DNA from: an uncultured Clostridia bacterium
GTDB lineage: Bacteria > Bacillota > Clostridia > Oscillospirales > UMGS1783
DNA: 29,328 nt
Assembly: GCA_937892635.1 (NCBI GenBank)
Contig: CALBKB010000068.1
Location: 1-29,328, forward strand
Direction: 5' to 3'
A model generated the notes under the pieces. That model made no database searches. It was not told the DNA's origin and saw only the letters and a program-made list of their open reading frames with translations. Position numbers and translations under genes: made by a program. Shown here piece after piece: positions 17,637-26,325 of the stretch (the first letter of the stretch is position 1; each line of letters starts with the position of its first letter).

Positions 17637-18236
17637 ATGAAAAAATTGTGCATCCTGTTATGCTTATTCCTGGTTGGTTGTCAGGCGCATCCCACCACCG
17701 TCCTACCCGCACATACCCACCGTTTTATACAGGCCAATTATCAGTCACCCAAAACCTGCACCGAATGTGGGATAACCCAAGGCGAGCCGCTGACGCCCGA
17801 TTTCATCACCTACAACATTGACCTTCAGGAAGGCGATGCCGTATGGGAGAAAACCGAAAAGGGCTATCGCGCCACTCTCGTATTTGCCCAGCAAACACAG
17901 AAGATCACCGTGATTCCCGGACTGGAAGATTATTACGACATCCGTCTGCGCGACCACACCGAGATGGTGCTGGAAGAGGACGGTTGGTATGCCTATCAGG
18001 TCTTTTTTAACGGAAAGCGGCAGACGGTACGCTATCGCATCCGCACCGATTTTTCGGGGTGGCAGGAAGGCGACAAGGGTATGGAAAACACCTGCACCGT
18101 GGATTGGGAATGGGAGGCACCCGACGGATACGACGGATTGGTGCTGACCTTGCGCCGCGGCGGCGATTGGAAAGATGGACAATATCTCTATGACGTTGAC
18201 CGCACAGATATGTTGCTGTTTCGCGTTACCGACTAA
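17637..18236 (+). CDS. Hypothetical lipoprotein with an HxH...CxxCG motif
   Basis: MKK-hydrophobic-LVGC lipobox and HTH..ANYQSPKTCTECG..GEPL. Strong RBS before ATG 17637. Confidence 0.75.
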   Translation: MKKLCILLCLFLVGCQAHPTTVLPAHTHRFIQANYQSPKTCTECGITQGEPLTPDFITYNIDLQEGDAVWEKTEKGYRATLVFAQQTQKITVIPGLEDYYDIRLRDHTEMVLEEDGWYAYQVFFNGKRQTVRYRIRTDFSGWQEGDKGMENTCTVDWEWEAPDGYDGLVLTLRRGGDWKDGQYLYDVDRTDMLLFRVTD

Positions 18237-18260
18237 AAAAGAGCCTTACGGCTCTTTTTT
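18235..18260. terminator. Bidirectional terminator
   Basis: AAAAAAGAGCC-TTAC-GGCTCTTTTTT between convergent genes. Confidence 0.85.
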
Positions 18261-18985
18261 TATTTGGTGAAATCCTCGATCATAGCGGCACAGGAGCGGC
18301 TCATTTCCGAGGAAAACTCGCTGTTCCATTTGCGTTTGGCAAACCGCTGGATCCAACCCGACAATTCTTCGTCGCTCAGGTTTTGTTGGCGTAGCAGTTG
18401 ATCTTCCAGCGGGCGCTCGGCATAGGTATTGGTGCAGATCACGTCGTCGATACGGGGACGGGTGGGCTTGATCCGTTTTTGCTGTTGCTCGGTCGGATAG
18501 CCGAAGACGAGCATAGCGGCGGGCACCACGTGATCGGGCAGATGAAGAAGGTCTTTATGCAACTCGTAGTGTTCGGTGATATCACCGATATAGCAGGAGC
18601 CGATACCCAAAGAGTGGGCAGCCACCACGGCGTTTTGGGCGGCGATAAGCGCATCGGCCTGCGCCAGCAACAAATCGCCTGCGCCGGGACGGCGCACATG
18701 ATCCATATGACGGCAAAAAGCCTGATACCACCGATGCACGTCAGCACAGAAAATGAGCACCAGCGGTGCGGTGGCGATAAAGGGCTGATTATCACAGGTG
18801 ACGGCCAGCCGGTCTTTAAGGGATGGATCGGTGATATCCAAAACGGTATACAGGCATTGGTTGCCTGCCGTGGGCGCCTGCAAGGCCGCCTCTAAAATGG
18901 CCTTTTTTTCCGCGGCACCGATGGGTTGCTCGGTATAGACGCGCACCGATTTGCGGGCCTTTAATTCATGTAATGTGGGGTTCAT
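18260..18985 (-). CDS. Nitroreductase (NfsA/Frp-like)
   Basis: RKSVRVY, APTAGNQ, QPFIATAP, AAQNAVVAAHSLGIGSCYIG, FGYP and KP.R motifs. Confidence 0.9.
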   Translation of the reverse strand: MNPTLHELKARKSVRVYTEQPIGAAEKKAILEAALQAPTAGNQCLYTVLDITDPSLKDRLAVTCDNQPFIATAPLVLIFCADVHRWYQAFCRHMDHVRRPGAGDLLLAQADALIAAQNAVVAAHSLGIGSCYIGDITEHYELHKDLLHLPDHVVPAAMLVFGYPTEQQQKRIKPTRPRIDDVICTNTYAERPLEDQLLRQQNLSDEELSGWIQRFAKRKWNSEFSSEMSRSCAAMIEDFTK

Positions 18986-18994
18986 ATATACACC

Positions 18995-19543
18995 TCAGCG
19001 TTTTTCAACCAAAAAGAAGAAGGGGGAGGTCGGCGAATTGACCAGTCGCACCTGCGTACAGCTCATCTGACGGCGGTCGTAGCCGGCCAGCAATTTGGCG
19101 ATCTCGATGCCTTCGGCCGTACCTTCGGCATGGCCGGGGTAGACGGCGATAAGCAGACCGCCGCCGGCGTCGAGCAGGTCGATGGCAGCGGCAATGGCGG
19201 GCAGGGTGGTTTCCCGCATGGTCGTGATAGAGCGGTCGCCACCGGGCAGATAGCCCAGGTTGAAGAGTCCGGCACAGATGGGTTCTTTGACATAGGCTTT
19301 GACGTTACTGTGCGAATCCTTGATGAGAGTAACATTGGATGCACCGTGCTCAGCCAAGCGAGCGGCCGTACTATCAAGCGCTTGCTGTTGGATATCAAAC
19401 GCGCAGACTTTTCCCTGCTCACCCACCTGCCGGGAGAGCCAGAGGGTGTCGTGACCGTTGCCCATGGTGAAATCGACGACGGTACCGCCCGGTTGGATAT
19501 GGGGCGTGATGAGATATTTTTGGGTGTCCAGAAGGTCGATCAT
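18995..19543 (-). CDS. SAM-dependent methyltransferase, YtqB/MnmM-like
   Basis: VDFTMGNGHDT, AFDIQ, DSH, FNLGYLPGGD and VYPGH. GAGGAG RBS supports ATG 19543. Confidence 0.85.
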   Translation of the reverse strand: MIDLLDTQKYLITPHIQPGGTVVDFTMGNGHDTLWLSRQVGEQGKVCAFDIQQQALDSTAARLAEHGASNVTLIKDSHSNVKAYVKEPICAGLFNLGYLPGGDRSITTMRETTLPAIAAAIDLLDAGGGLLIAVYPGHAEGTAEGIEIAKLLAGYDRRQMSCTQVRLVNSPTSPFFFLVEKR

Positions 19544-19554
19544 GATGGTTCTCC

Positions 19555-19773
19555 TCAATGGATGGTGGGGTCGGTGTGGGGGGTCAATTTCTTTTTGTTG
19601 CCCTTTTCATCGACGATATAGACCTGATCGAGGGTGTTGATCATGCCTTGGCGGAATTCGGCAATATACCGGGCACGCAGCGCGGCCTGTTCTTCTTTTT
19701 CAGCGGCGGTCAGGCCTTGAGTTTTGGATTTGCGGGAGAGTTCGTTTATGCGTTTAATCAGGGTGTCGTCCAT
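19555..19773 (-). CDS. DUF896/UPF0291 (YnzC-like) protein
   Basis: IKRINELSRKSKTQGLTAAEKEEQAALRARYIAEFR signature. Confidence 0.9.
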   Translation of the reverse strand: MDDTLIKRINELSRKSKTQGLTAAEKEEQAALRARYIAEFRQGMINTLDQVYIVDEKGNKKKLTPHTDPTIH

Positions 19774-19796
19774 GGTATACCTCGTTTATGTTGGAT

Positions 19797-19823
19797 AAAA
19801 AGCCACCGTATGGGTGGCTTTTT
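19797..19823 (-). terminator. Terminator at the end of the eps locus
   Basis: AAAAAGCCACC-GTATG-GGTGGCTTTTT. Confidence 0.8.
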
Positions 19824-21002
19824 TTATGATTCTGTTTCGGGGGCGGGCTCCAAGAAGATGGAGCGGATAGCGTCAATCTGTTTGGCCGTTACGCCGACCG
19901 ATTGCAGGAACGCTTCGGCCTTCGCCTGCGTGGTTTCGCCGGGTTGTTCGCTCAGCAGCTCCCGGAAACCCTTTATGTCCGATTCGGACAGGTCGCCGAA
20001 GCAGAGCGCTGACAAGCGATAGTCGCGCATGAGGTCGTCGTCCTTGACGCCCAGAACGGCTTCGAGCAGATAGCAGATGGTGCCGGTTTGGTCGACACCT
20101 TCGGTATCGTGCAGATAGATGGGATAGTTCTCGGCGTTGGCCAGATCGGCGAAGATGCTACTTATGGTTTTGGCGTTGTCCTCATCGAAGACGTCGGCAT
20201 AGGCGGGGGCGTTATATCGAGTATAGGTAACGGTATCGCCCAGGGGGGATGGCTTGTCGACAACCGTCGACTCGTTTCTCAGGTCGAGTTGGGTGCGCAC
20301 TTTGAGAACGTGCAGCATATGGTCGATACCCGACTGGGTGATTGTATATTTGGGGTTGGAAGCGCCGTCGGGTTCGCAGCCACGATAGAGCAGGCCTTGG
20401 CGAACGGTGCTGCCGTCGGTGGTGACCCAGCCGCCGATGTCGCGCATGTTGGGCACGCCATCGATATTGAGAATACGGGGGGTATTCGCCGTTTTGAAGG
20501 TGCCCTCTACTTTGGTTTGGGTATTGTTGGTGAGGGCGATCGTGATGCGGAAGTGGTAGGTAGTATTGGTTTTGAGCAAATAGACGTCGGTGCTGCTTCT
20601 GGCATTTTTCATGGTGAAGCGGCGGGGCGCGGTATATTCGGCGTCTTCGGACACTTCGAGTGTGGCCAATTCAATATCGCAATCCATTGACAGGCCCTTG
20701 ACCTCGTAGGCGATGGTGACCGGCAGACTGATGTCCATGCGCGTGGCCTGGTACCAGTGCTTTTCTTTGAGGGCTTCGATGGTGACGTCGCCGTTGCCGT
20801 CGATATATTCTTTGGCGGGATCGAGGATCAGCAACGGTTCCTCGGCAAAAGAGGAATACTCGATCTGGACGTTTGAGTTGGTACTACCGGGGGTGTGGCC
20901 AAACGGGTTGGAGTCGATTTCATGGGCAACCCAAAAAATACCGGCTGAAATGATCAACAGGCCGATGATTATTAACAACATTCTTACGTCTCTTCTCATC
21001 AT
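19824..21002 (-). CDS. Membrane-anchored tyrosine-phosphatase-family (Y_phosphatase3) homologue with a degenerate active site
   Basis: N-terminal TM helix and an FnIII-like LKTNTTYHFRI...FKT segment. NMRDIGG, GLLYRG, LDLR and DYRLS are conserved, but the P-loop reads HDTEGVDQTG. Confidence 0.8.
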   Translation of the reverse strand: MMRRDVRMLLIIIGLLIISAGIFWVAHEIDSNPFGHTPGSTNSNVQIEYSSFAEEPLLILDPAKEYIDGNGDVTIEALKEKHWYQATRMDISLPVTIAYEVKGLSMDCDIELATLEVSEDAEYTAPRRFTMKNARSSTDVYLLKTNTTYHFRITIALTNNTQTKVEGTFKTANTPRILNIDGVPNMRDIGGWVTTDGSTVRQGLLYRGCEPDGASNPKYTITQSGIDHMLHVLKVRTQLDLRNESTVVDKPSPLGDTVTYTRYNAPAYADVFDEDNAKTISSIFADLANAENYPIYLHDTEGVDQTGTICYLLEAVLGVKDDDLMRDYRLSALCFGDLSESDIKGFRELLSEQPGETTQAKAEAFLQSVGVTAKQIDAIRSIFLEPAPETES

Positions 21003-21027
21003 ACCGACAGAGTCCTTTTATGTAAAT

Positions 21028-22311
21028 TTAGTACCGATCCACAGTGGTGTCGGTTATGGCATATCGGTCCTGCTCGACAATGCCGATCAGCAGCCCAAGC
21101 AAGGCGAACATGGCGCCGGCCGTGGGATTGAAGAAGGCCGATTCGGCGACCGAGGTAATGACCAGATAGGCCATCAGCGAAAGCATGCTCCAGAACATAT
21201 AATTATGGGTTTTCTTAGCACGGAAAATAAGGATCAAAAAGCAGACAATAACACCGAGAAAGCCTATGGTGCCGATCCAACCCGTTTGGGCGATGACGGT
21301 GGGCCAAAAGGAATCGCTCAAAAACCGACCCGTACCGCCGTTTATTGAGGTGTATCCCAGCTCGTAATAGAGGGGCGAATAGTGTGTGGCGGCCGCGGAA
21401 GAGCCAAAGGTGCCGAAACCGGTGCCGAACGGAAAATAGCGACCGGCCAAATCAATCGCATCCACGTGTAACTTTGCGCGAACGATATCTTCGGCGTTGG
21501 TGTTCTTAAAATAGAAGTTAAACTGATCGATACCGATAAAGAGAGCCAAGCCGCCGCCGGCGCCGATGAGCAAGCCGTTGGAACGGACTTTCCAGCGAAT
21601 GAGAATAAAGTAAAAGATCAAGATGCAAGCAGCACCCGCGATGGCCTTGACGCGTAATGTGACACACATCAAAAGGGCAAGCAGCAGGATGCAAAACATA
21701 TTTCTGCGATATATAGGCTTGCGCGTTTCCTTACCGTTGGCCGCCATCAATACGGCAGCGCCCGTTAGGCAGGCATGGGCCATATAAGTGGGATGTGGGA
21801 AAAAGAGGGCCATGGATCTCATGAAATACCGAAATTCAAACTGACGGAAGAAGGGCGACATCACCAGATCATGCAAGGCCAGAAGCGCCGTTACCACCGC
21901 AAAGAATCGGCATACGCCTGCCAAGTCGAGCAGGAGCTGATCCCGATCGGTCTCTTCCGTGACTAAGATACGCGTTATAAAATACATCAGAACAAAACGA
22001 CTGCAAACAAAGAGGTCCATGACGGCAATCGTCCAACTTTGCATCCAATAAACAATGGATGAGATCACGCCAAAGACGACAAAGACGGCGTAGCCAATCA
22101 ATAGCACCAACTCCACCGGCAGCAGACGAATTCGTCGTGTGATGGCCACGTAGATCGTCATAATCAGCAAGACGGCCACAATGCCTTCGGCGGCATAGTT
22201 GGAGACGGTTCGGAGAACGCCCTGCAAATTATGGGTTACCGCCGATTGGAGCCACAGGTATACAAACAGTAAAACCATCCATATTCTTTTTTTGTGCAAC
22301 CTGATAACCAT
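21028..22311 (-). CDS. Wzy polymerase / O-antigen-ligase-like polytopic membrane protein
   Basis: About 11-12 hydrophobic segments; R..FFPHPT, FPFGTGFGTF and SDSFWPTVIAQTGWIG motifs; eps locus context. Confidence 0.72.
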   Translation of the reverse strand: MVIRLHKKRIWMVLLFVYLWLQSAVTHNLQGVLRTVSNYAAEGIVAVLLIMTIYVAITRRIRLLPVELVLLIGYAVFVVFGVISSIVYWMQSWTIAVMDLFVCSRFVLMYFITRILVTEETDRDQLLLDLAGVCRFFAVVTALLALHDLVMSPFFRQFEFRYFMRSMALFFPHPTYMAHACLTGAAVLMAANGKETRKPIYRRNMFCILLLALLMCVTLRVKAIAGAACILIFYFILIRWKVRSNGLLIGAGGGLALFIGIDQFNFYFKNTNAEDIVRAKLHVDAIDLAGRYFPFGTGFGTFGSSAAATHYSPLYYELGYTSINGGTGRFLSDSFWPTVIAQTGWIGTIGFLGVIVCFLILIFRAKKTHNYMFWSMLSLMAYLVITSVAESAFFNPTAGAMFALLGLLIGIVEQDRYAITDTTVDRY

Positions 22312-22360
22312 CGGCTGTTTCTATCTCGCTTTCCCTTTTATACCATGACCGCTTGGGTCG

Positions 22361-22396
22361 AAAAAGACGCGGTCCTTGCTGCGAGACCGCGTCTTT
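22361..22396 (-). terminator. Internal terminator after the priming transferase gene
   Basis: AAAGACGCGGTC...GACCGCGTCTTT 12-bp stem, T-tract on the minus strand. Confidence 0.7.
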
Positions 22397-22440
22397 GCCA
22401 TGTTAAGAAATACACGCTAAGCGAAGGTTCTCGCTTGTGA

Positions 22441-23124
22441 TCATTCACCCTCTAATCCAAAGACGGCGCTCACCGTCTTAAAGAGGATAACGATATCCGT
22501 TTTGAAACTACGCTGGGCAATATATTGCATATCCAGCTTAAGCCATTCATCAAATGAGAGATCGTTGCGCTTGGGCTGCACCTGCCAAAAGCAGGTCAGA
22601 CCGGGCGTAACCGACAATCGTTGCATCTGACTTTCGGTATATTGTTCCACCTCGCGAGGCAGGGGCGGCCGGGGACCGACCAGGCTCATGTCGCCCTTGA
22701 GAACATTCCACAACTGCGGCAATTCGTCAATGCTTGTCTTGCGAATAAAATGACCAAACCGTGTAATGCGCGGGTCATCCTTGATCTTAAAGCAGGGCCC
22801 GTCCATTTCATTTTTTTCCAGCAGACCATCCAACAGTTGATCGGCGTTGGGGATCATGGAGCGGAATTTGTAGAAATCAAAAACCCGTCCGTTCTTACCG
22901 ATCCGCTTTTGCACGTAGATGGGTGATGCACCCGGGGCATCGATTACGATAATCAATGCCACAATAACCAGCGGCAGGAGCAATACCGTTAATCCGATCA
23001 CCGAACAGACAATATCAAACACTCGCTTAAAAAACTGGTAGGCCGGCTTTTTTGAGGGTATGTATATGAGAGGGGCAGCGGTGGTTGTTTCGACCACCGA
23101 AACCCGACTGTTTTTAGTATCCAT
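22441..23124 (-). CDS. Priming (undecaprenyl-phosphate) sugar transferase, Bac_transf family
   Basis: [45 protein letters not shown] and PGLT. Confidence 0.93.
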   Translation of the reverse strand: MDTKNSRVSVVETTTAAPLIYIPSKKPAYQFFKRVFDIVCSVIGLTVLLLPLVIVALIIVIDAPGASPIYVQKRIGKNGRVFDFYKFRSMIPNADQLLDGLLEKNEMDGPCFKIKDDPRITRFGHFIRKTSIDELPQLWNVLKGDMSLVGPRPPLPREVEQYTESQMQRLSVTPGLTCFWQVQPKRNDLSFDEWLKLDMQYIAQRSFKTDIVILFKTVSAVFGLEGE

Positions 23125-23163
23125 AGGCGCGGCTCCTTTTGATCCGAAAGACGCGCAGGGAGA

Positions 23164-24165
23164 TTATTTGTCCTTCGGCTTACTGAGTAGTTGGGCAACC
23201 TCTTTTTTCAAGGATTGCTCGCTGGGGTAAAATTCCATATAATCTTTACCTTGTTCCGATCTTCCTTCGATTTCTCGTATTTCGATCGGGCCATAGGAGA
23301 AAATGCCGTTAAGGAGTTTTTGCATGTGTGATGCCGAATCGCTGGTAACCATCGCATCGGCCAGTTCCATTGAGGCGTCGGCATAAAATTGATCGTCGGC
23401 TTGATAGGCTTGACGCGCTTTATCAAACAGCGCTGTCAGATACTGACGTTGCCGTTGCATACGCGTAGCGTTACTGCTGTCTTCCCGACCATAGCGGGTG
23501 CGCACATAGGTTAGCGCCTGGTCACCCTTCAACGTTATCGTTTCGCCCTTGACCATTGCGGCATCAATATCGCTGAAATCTTCCAATAAGGTGACTTCAA
23601 CGCCACCGACCAAATCGTTAATCTTGGCCACCGCACTCATCGTCAAGGAGACATAGTGATCAATGGGCACACCAAAGAGCAATTCCGATACGGCATCGGC
23701 CGTATTGTTACAGCTGACCTCTTGGCCGTTCCCATAGGCGTGCGCCAGAGCAATTTGCATCGTTTGCGTATCGATCTTTTGGCCGGCTACGCCTAAGACA
23801 TGCACCGGCGTCATCGTGTCGCGGTTAATGTGAATGGCCGAGCAGCGTTCATTGGCCTCGTCGATCACGAGCAGCATCAAAAAGTCAGCCTGCTGGTTGT
23901 TGTTATAATCGGCTTGGGTACCGGTTGTCTCATATTTATCCAGACCCATAACCAACACGGTCGTTACATCGTCGCGCAGGACAAACTCTCGGTCATTGTA
24001 CACAATGACCGGCTTGGTATTGACATCCTCTCGTTCGGGGAAAAAGCCTTGATTTCGCTCCCAAAGCCCCATGATCAACAGCGCGGTAGCGATAACAAAG
24101 ACGGCAGCAAATACAATGAATAAATAGCGCAAATAATTCGTAGAGGAATCTTTCGCACCTTTCAT
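23164..24165 (-). CDS. LCP (LytR-CpsA-Psr) family glycopolymer transferase
   Basis: TM helix, VLVMGLD, ADFLML, INRDT, IDHYV, VGGV, ALTYVRTR and RMQRQRQ. Start at MKGAK (24165). Confidence 0.9.
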   Translation of the reverse strand: MKGAKDSSTNYLRYLFIVFAAVFVIATALLIMGLWERNQGFFPEREDVNTKPVIVYNDREFVLRDDVTTVLVMGLDKYETTGTQADYNNNQQADFLMLLVIDEANERCSAIHINRDTMTPVHVLGVAGQKIDTQTMQIALAHAYGNGQEVSCNNTADAVSELLFGVPIDHYVSLTMSAVAKINDLVGGVEVTLLEDFSDIDAAMVKGETITLKGDQALTYVRTRYGREDSSNATRMQRQRQYLTALFDKARQAYQADDQFYADASMELADAMVTSDSASHMQKLLNGIFSYGPIEIREIEGRSEQGKDYMEFYPSEQSLKKEVAQLLSKPKDK

Positions 24166-24184
24166 CGGGATCAACCCTTTCTGA

Positions 24185-24850
24185 TTAGTTGGACTTCTTC
24201 TTTTTGAGTAAAATAGCAACAATAACCAGGGCAATCGCGGAAACAGCCATGAGGCTGATATAGAGAACAATATCGGCGTTATCGCCGGTGGACGGCGAAT
24301 TCTCACCGGCTTCTACGACGATAGCATACGGCCCCTCATCGGCCATGCTAAAGGAGAGAATGCCGCTCTCGTTCACCTCGGCATCACCCACAACAATCCA
24401 GCCGGAAGCCGTTTTGTGCAACAAAGCAACAAAGTTCTTGGTGGTGCCGGCGCTCAGTTTAACCTGAATGGGGCCGTGCGCCGCATGGTCGGTACAGCCG
24501 ACGCGGTTGAGCGAAAACAGATCGCTAACAGCCAGATGTTTGGGATTGAGCTGCTTGTCAGCCACGACCACATCCAACTGCTCCGTTAAGTCGGTAAGGT
24601 CACCGGCCGCCTTGATCTCGGCATAAGCGGTTTCAATCGTCTGTTTTTCGGGAGCAGACAACATGTTGCGTCTTGCATAGGAAGTAACCATAATACCGGT
24701 AACGCAATCGGCGGATCCGGGGGCAAAGCTTTCAATAACGGGGGCTTGATTGAGCGAGGGGCTCTTGACAAAGCCGCCGGCGGCGCACACCGAAACGCTT
24801 AGCGCCACGATTACGAGGAGAGATAACACGGATGCCAATACTTTTTTCAT
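24185..24850 (-). CDS. Small secreted surface protein with a sortase sorting signal (SPSTG)
   Basis: Signal peptide MKKVLA...VCA; C-terminal SPSTGD + hydrophobic helix + KKKKSN. Confidence 0.8.
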   Translation of the reverse strand: MKKVLASVLSLLVIVALSVSVCAAGGFVKSPSLNQAPVIESFAPGSADCVTGIMVTSYARRNMLSAPEKQTIETAYAEIKAAGDLTDLTEQLDVVVADKQLNPKHLAVSDLFSLNRVGCTDHAAHGPIQVKLSAGTTKNFVALLHKTASGWIVVGDAEVNESGILSFSMADEGPYAIVVEAGENSPSTGDNADIVLYISLMAVSAIALVIVAILLKKKKSN

Positions 24851-24884
24851 GTCAAGCAAATCCTTTCCTAAGAAAAGTTATAAT

Positions 24885-25574
24885 TTATTCAAACCAACTT
24901 TCGCCGAAAGCGGTCCAAGGAACGATAAAATCATCACCCAACTTTTTGCGGATCACGGCCATCGCCTCGTCCAGCCGAGGGCGCCGTGCCGTCAAATTAT
25001 GGCTATCCGACCCCAAAAAGTGGATCATTTGGTTTTTCAAAAGTTTCACAGCCTTTCGCCGCGAGGTCAGCTCCAAGAAGAAGGGAGCATTGACCTGAAA
25101 GAGCAACCCGCTCTGCAACAAGCGCATCCAGATCGGCATCGGCTGTTCGGACAGATACCGCTCAATATGTGCCAAAACCGGATGGATGGTGTTGGAAGAG
25201 GCCAGATCGGTCAGCTCTTGCAAGGTGTATTCGGTCCATCGGCCATGCGGCATTTCCAAGAGCAGCAAGCGGCTGCCCTGCAAACAAAGATTCTGAAGCT
25301 CAGGCAGGCGACTGATGCCCGAATAATACCGAACTTCTGCGCCGAGTTTTACCGCAGGCTGATCTTCCGACCGGTGGGACATGAGCTGTTCATACGCCGC
25401 TTGACGCCGCGCCAGAAAATCGGATACCGATTCGCTGTTGGCGTCGAAATGGGGCGTAGCCACAACCGTATGCACCCCCTGCTGCGCCAGACGGCCGAGC
25501 AGGGCAAGACTTTCTTCTATCGATTGGCTCCCGTCATCAACGGCAGGCAACAGATGGCAGTGCAGGTCTATCAT
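24885..25574 (-). CDS. cpsB: CpsB/CapC PHP-family protein tyrosine phosphatase
   Basis: MIDLHCHLLPAVDDGS, VATPH, GAE, LAHIERY and LGSDSHN. Confidence 0.92.
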   Translation of the reverse strand: MIDLHCHLLPAVDDGSQSIEESLALLGRLAQQGVHTVVATPHFDANSESVSDFLARRQAAYEQLMSHRSEDQPAVKLGAEVRYYSGISRLPELQNLCLQGSRLLLLEMPHGRWTEYTLQELTDLASSNTIHPVLAHIERYLSEQPMPIWMRLLQSGLLFQVNAPFFLELTSRRKAVKLLKNQMIHFLGSDSHNLTARRPRLDEAMAVIRKKLGDDFIVPWTAFGESWFE

Positions 25575-26320
25575 TTGGCTCGTTTGATGGCGCCGTAGCC
25601 GCGGCTGTAATCCCGATAACTGCCGTAGGTATCATGACCGCCCTTGGTGCGGTTAAACACCCAGCCGAGCACCTTAACGTTGGTTAGGCGCAGATGACGC
25701 ACACACTGTTCGATCTCTTTTTTCTCGGCGTAGTCCTCGCGCACAACAACGACCATGCCGGTGATAAGCGGCGAAATAGCCAAGGCATCCGAGACCAGAT
25801 TGACGGGCGGCAGGTCAACAATGATGTAATCGAACTTTTCCGCTAAGGTGGTCAACAACGACTTCATGCGACGGGAGCCGAGCAATTCCGAAGGGTTGGG
25901 CGGCAGGTTACCCGAGGGGACAATATACCAATTATCCAGAATCTTAGAACGGAAAACACCGAAATCGGGCACTTCATGCCCCATGAGCAGATCGGTTACG
26001 CCGGGCGTTTTTTCGATCTCCATTTTCTTGGCGATACTGGGCACACGCAGGTCTCCATCAATAAGCAAAACGCGTTTACCGCTTTCGGCCAGCACGTAAG
26101 CCACATTGATAGAAGTGGTACTTTTGCCCTCACTGCGGTTGGCGCTGGTTATGCCGATAATCGGGCATTTGACGCCTTCCGGCAGGGTAAAGCCCAGATT
26201 GGCTCGCATGAGTTTATACTGCTCTTTGGCGGTGAACTGGAGATTTTCATGCAACGTTTTACGAACGTCTTGGGAAGAAAACGAGTTTTTCTTTTTCTGA
26301 TTGTTGTCCTTATTGTCCAT
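25571..26320 (-). CDS. cpsD: CpsD/CapB BY-kinase
   Basis: Walker A EGKST, A' LIDGDLR, PPNPSELL, Walker B IIVDLPP and a C-terminal Tyr cluster. Start is ATG 26320 or TTG 26329. Confidence 0.93.
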   Translation of the reverse strand: MDNKDNNQKKKNSFSSQDVRKTLHENLQFTAKEQYKLMRANLGFTLPEGVKCPIIGITSANRSEGKSTTSINVAYVLAESGKRVLLIDGDLRVPSIAKKMEIEKTPGVTDLLMGHEVPDFGVFRSKILDNWYIVPSGNLPPNPSELLGSRRMKSLLTTLAEKFDYIIVDLPPVNLVSDALAISPLITGMVVVVREDYAEKKEIEQCVRHLRLTNVKVLGWVFNRTKGGHDTYGSYRDYSRGYGAIKRAK

Positions 26321-26325
26321 CTTTC

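Noticed and set aside
24166..24306. N-terminal extension of the LCP ORF (similarly 14573, 17472 and 27207 starts)
   Set aside because: These extensions overlap neighbouring genes, promoters or leaders; downstream ATGs have better RBS and signal or TM context.
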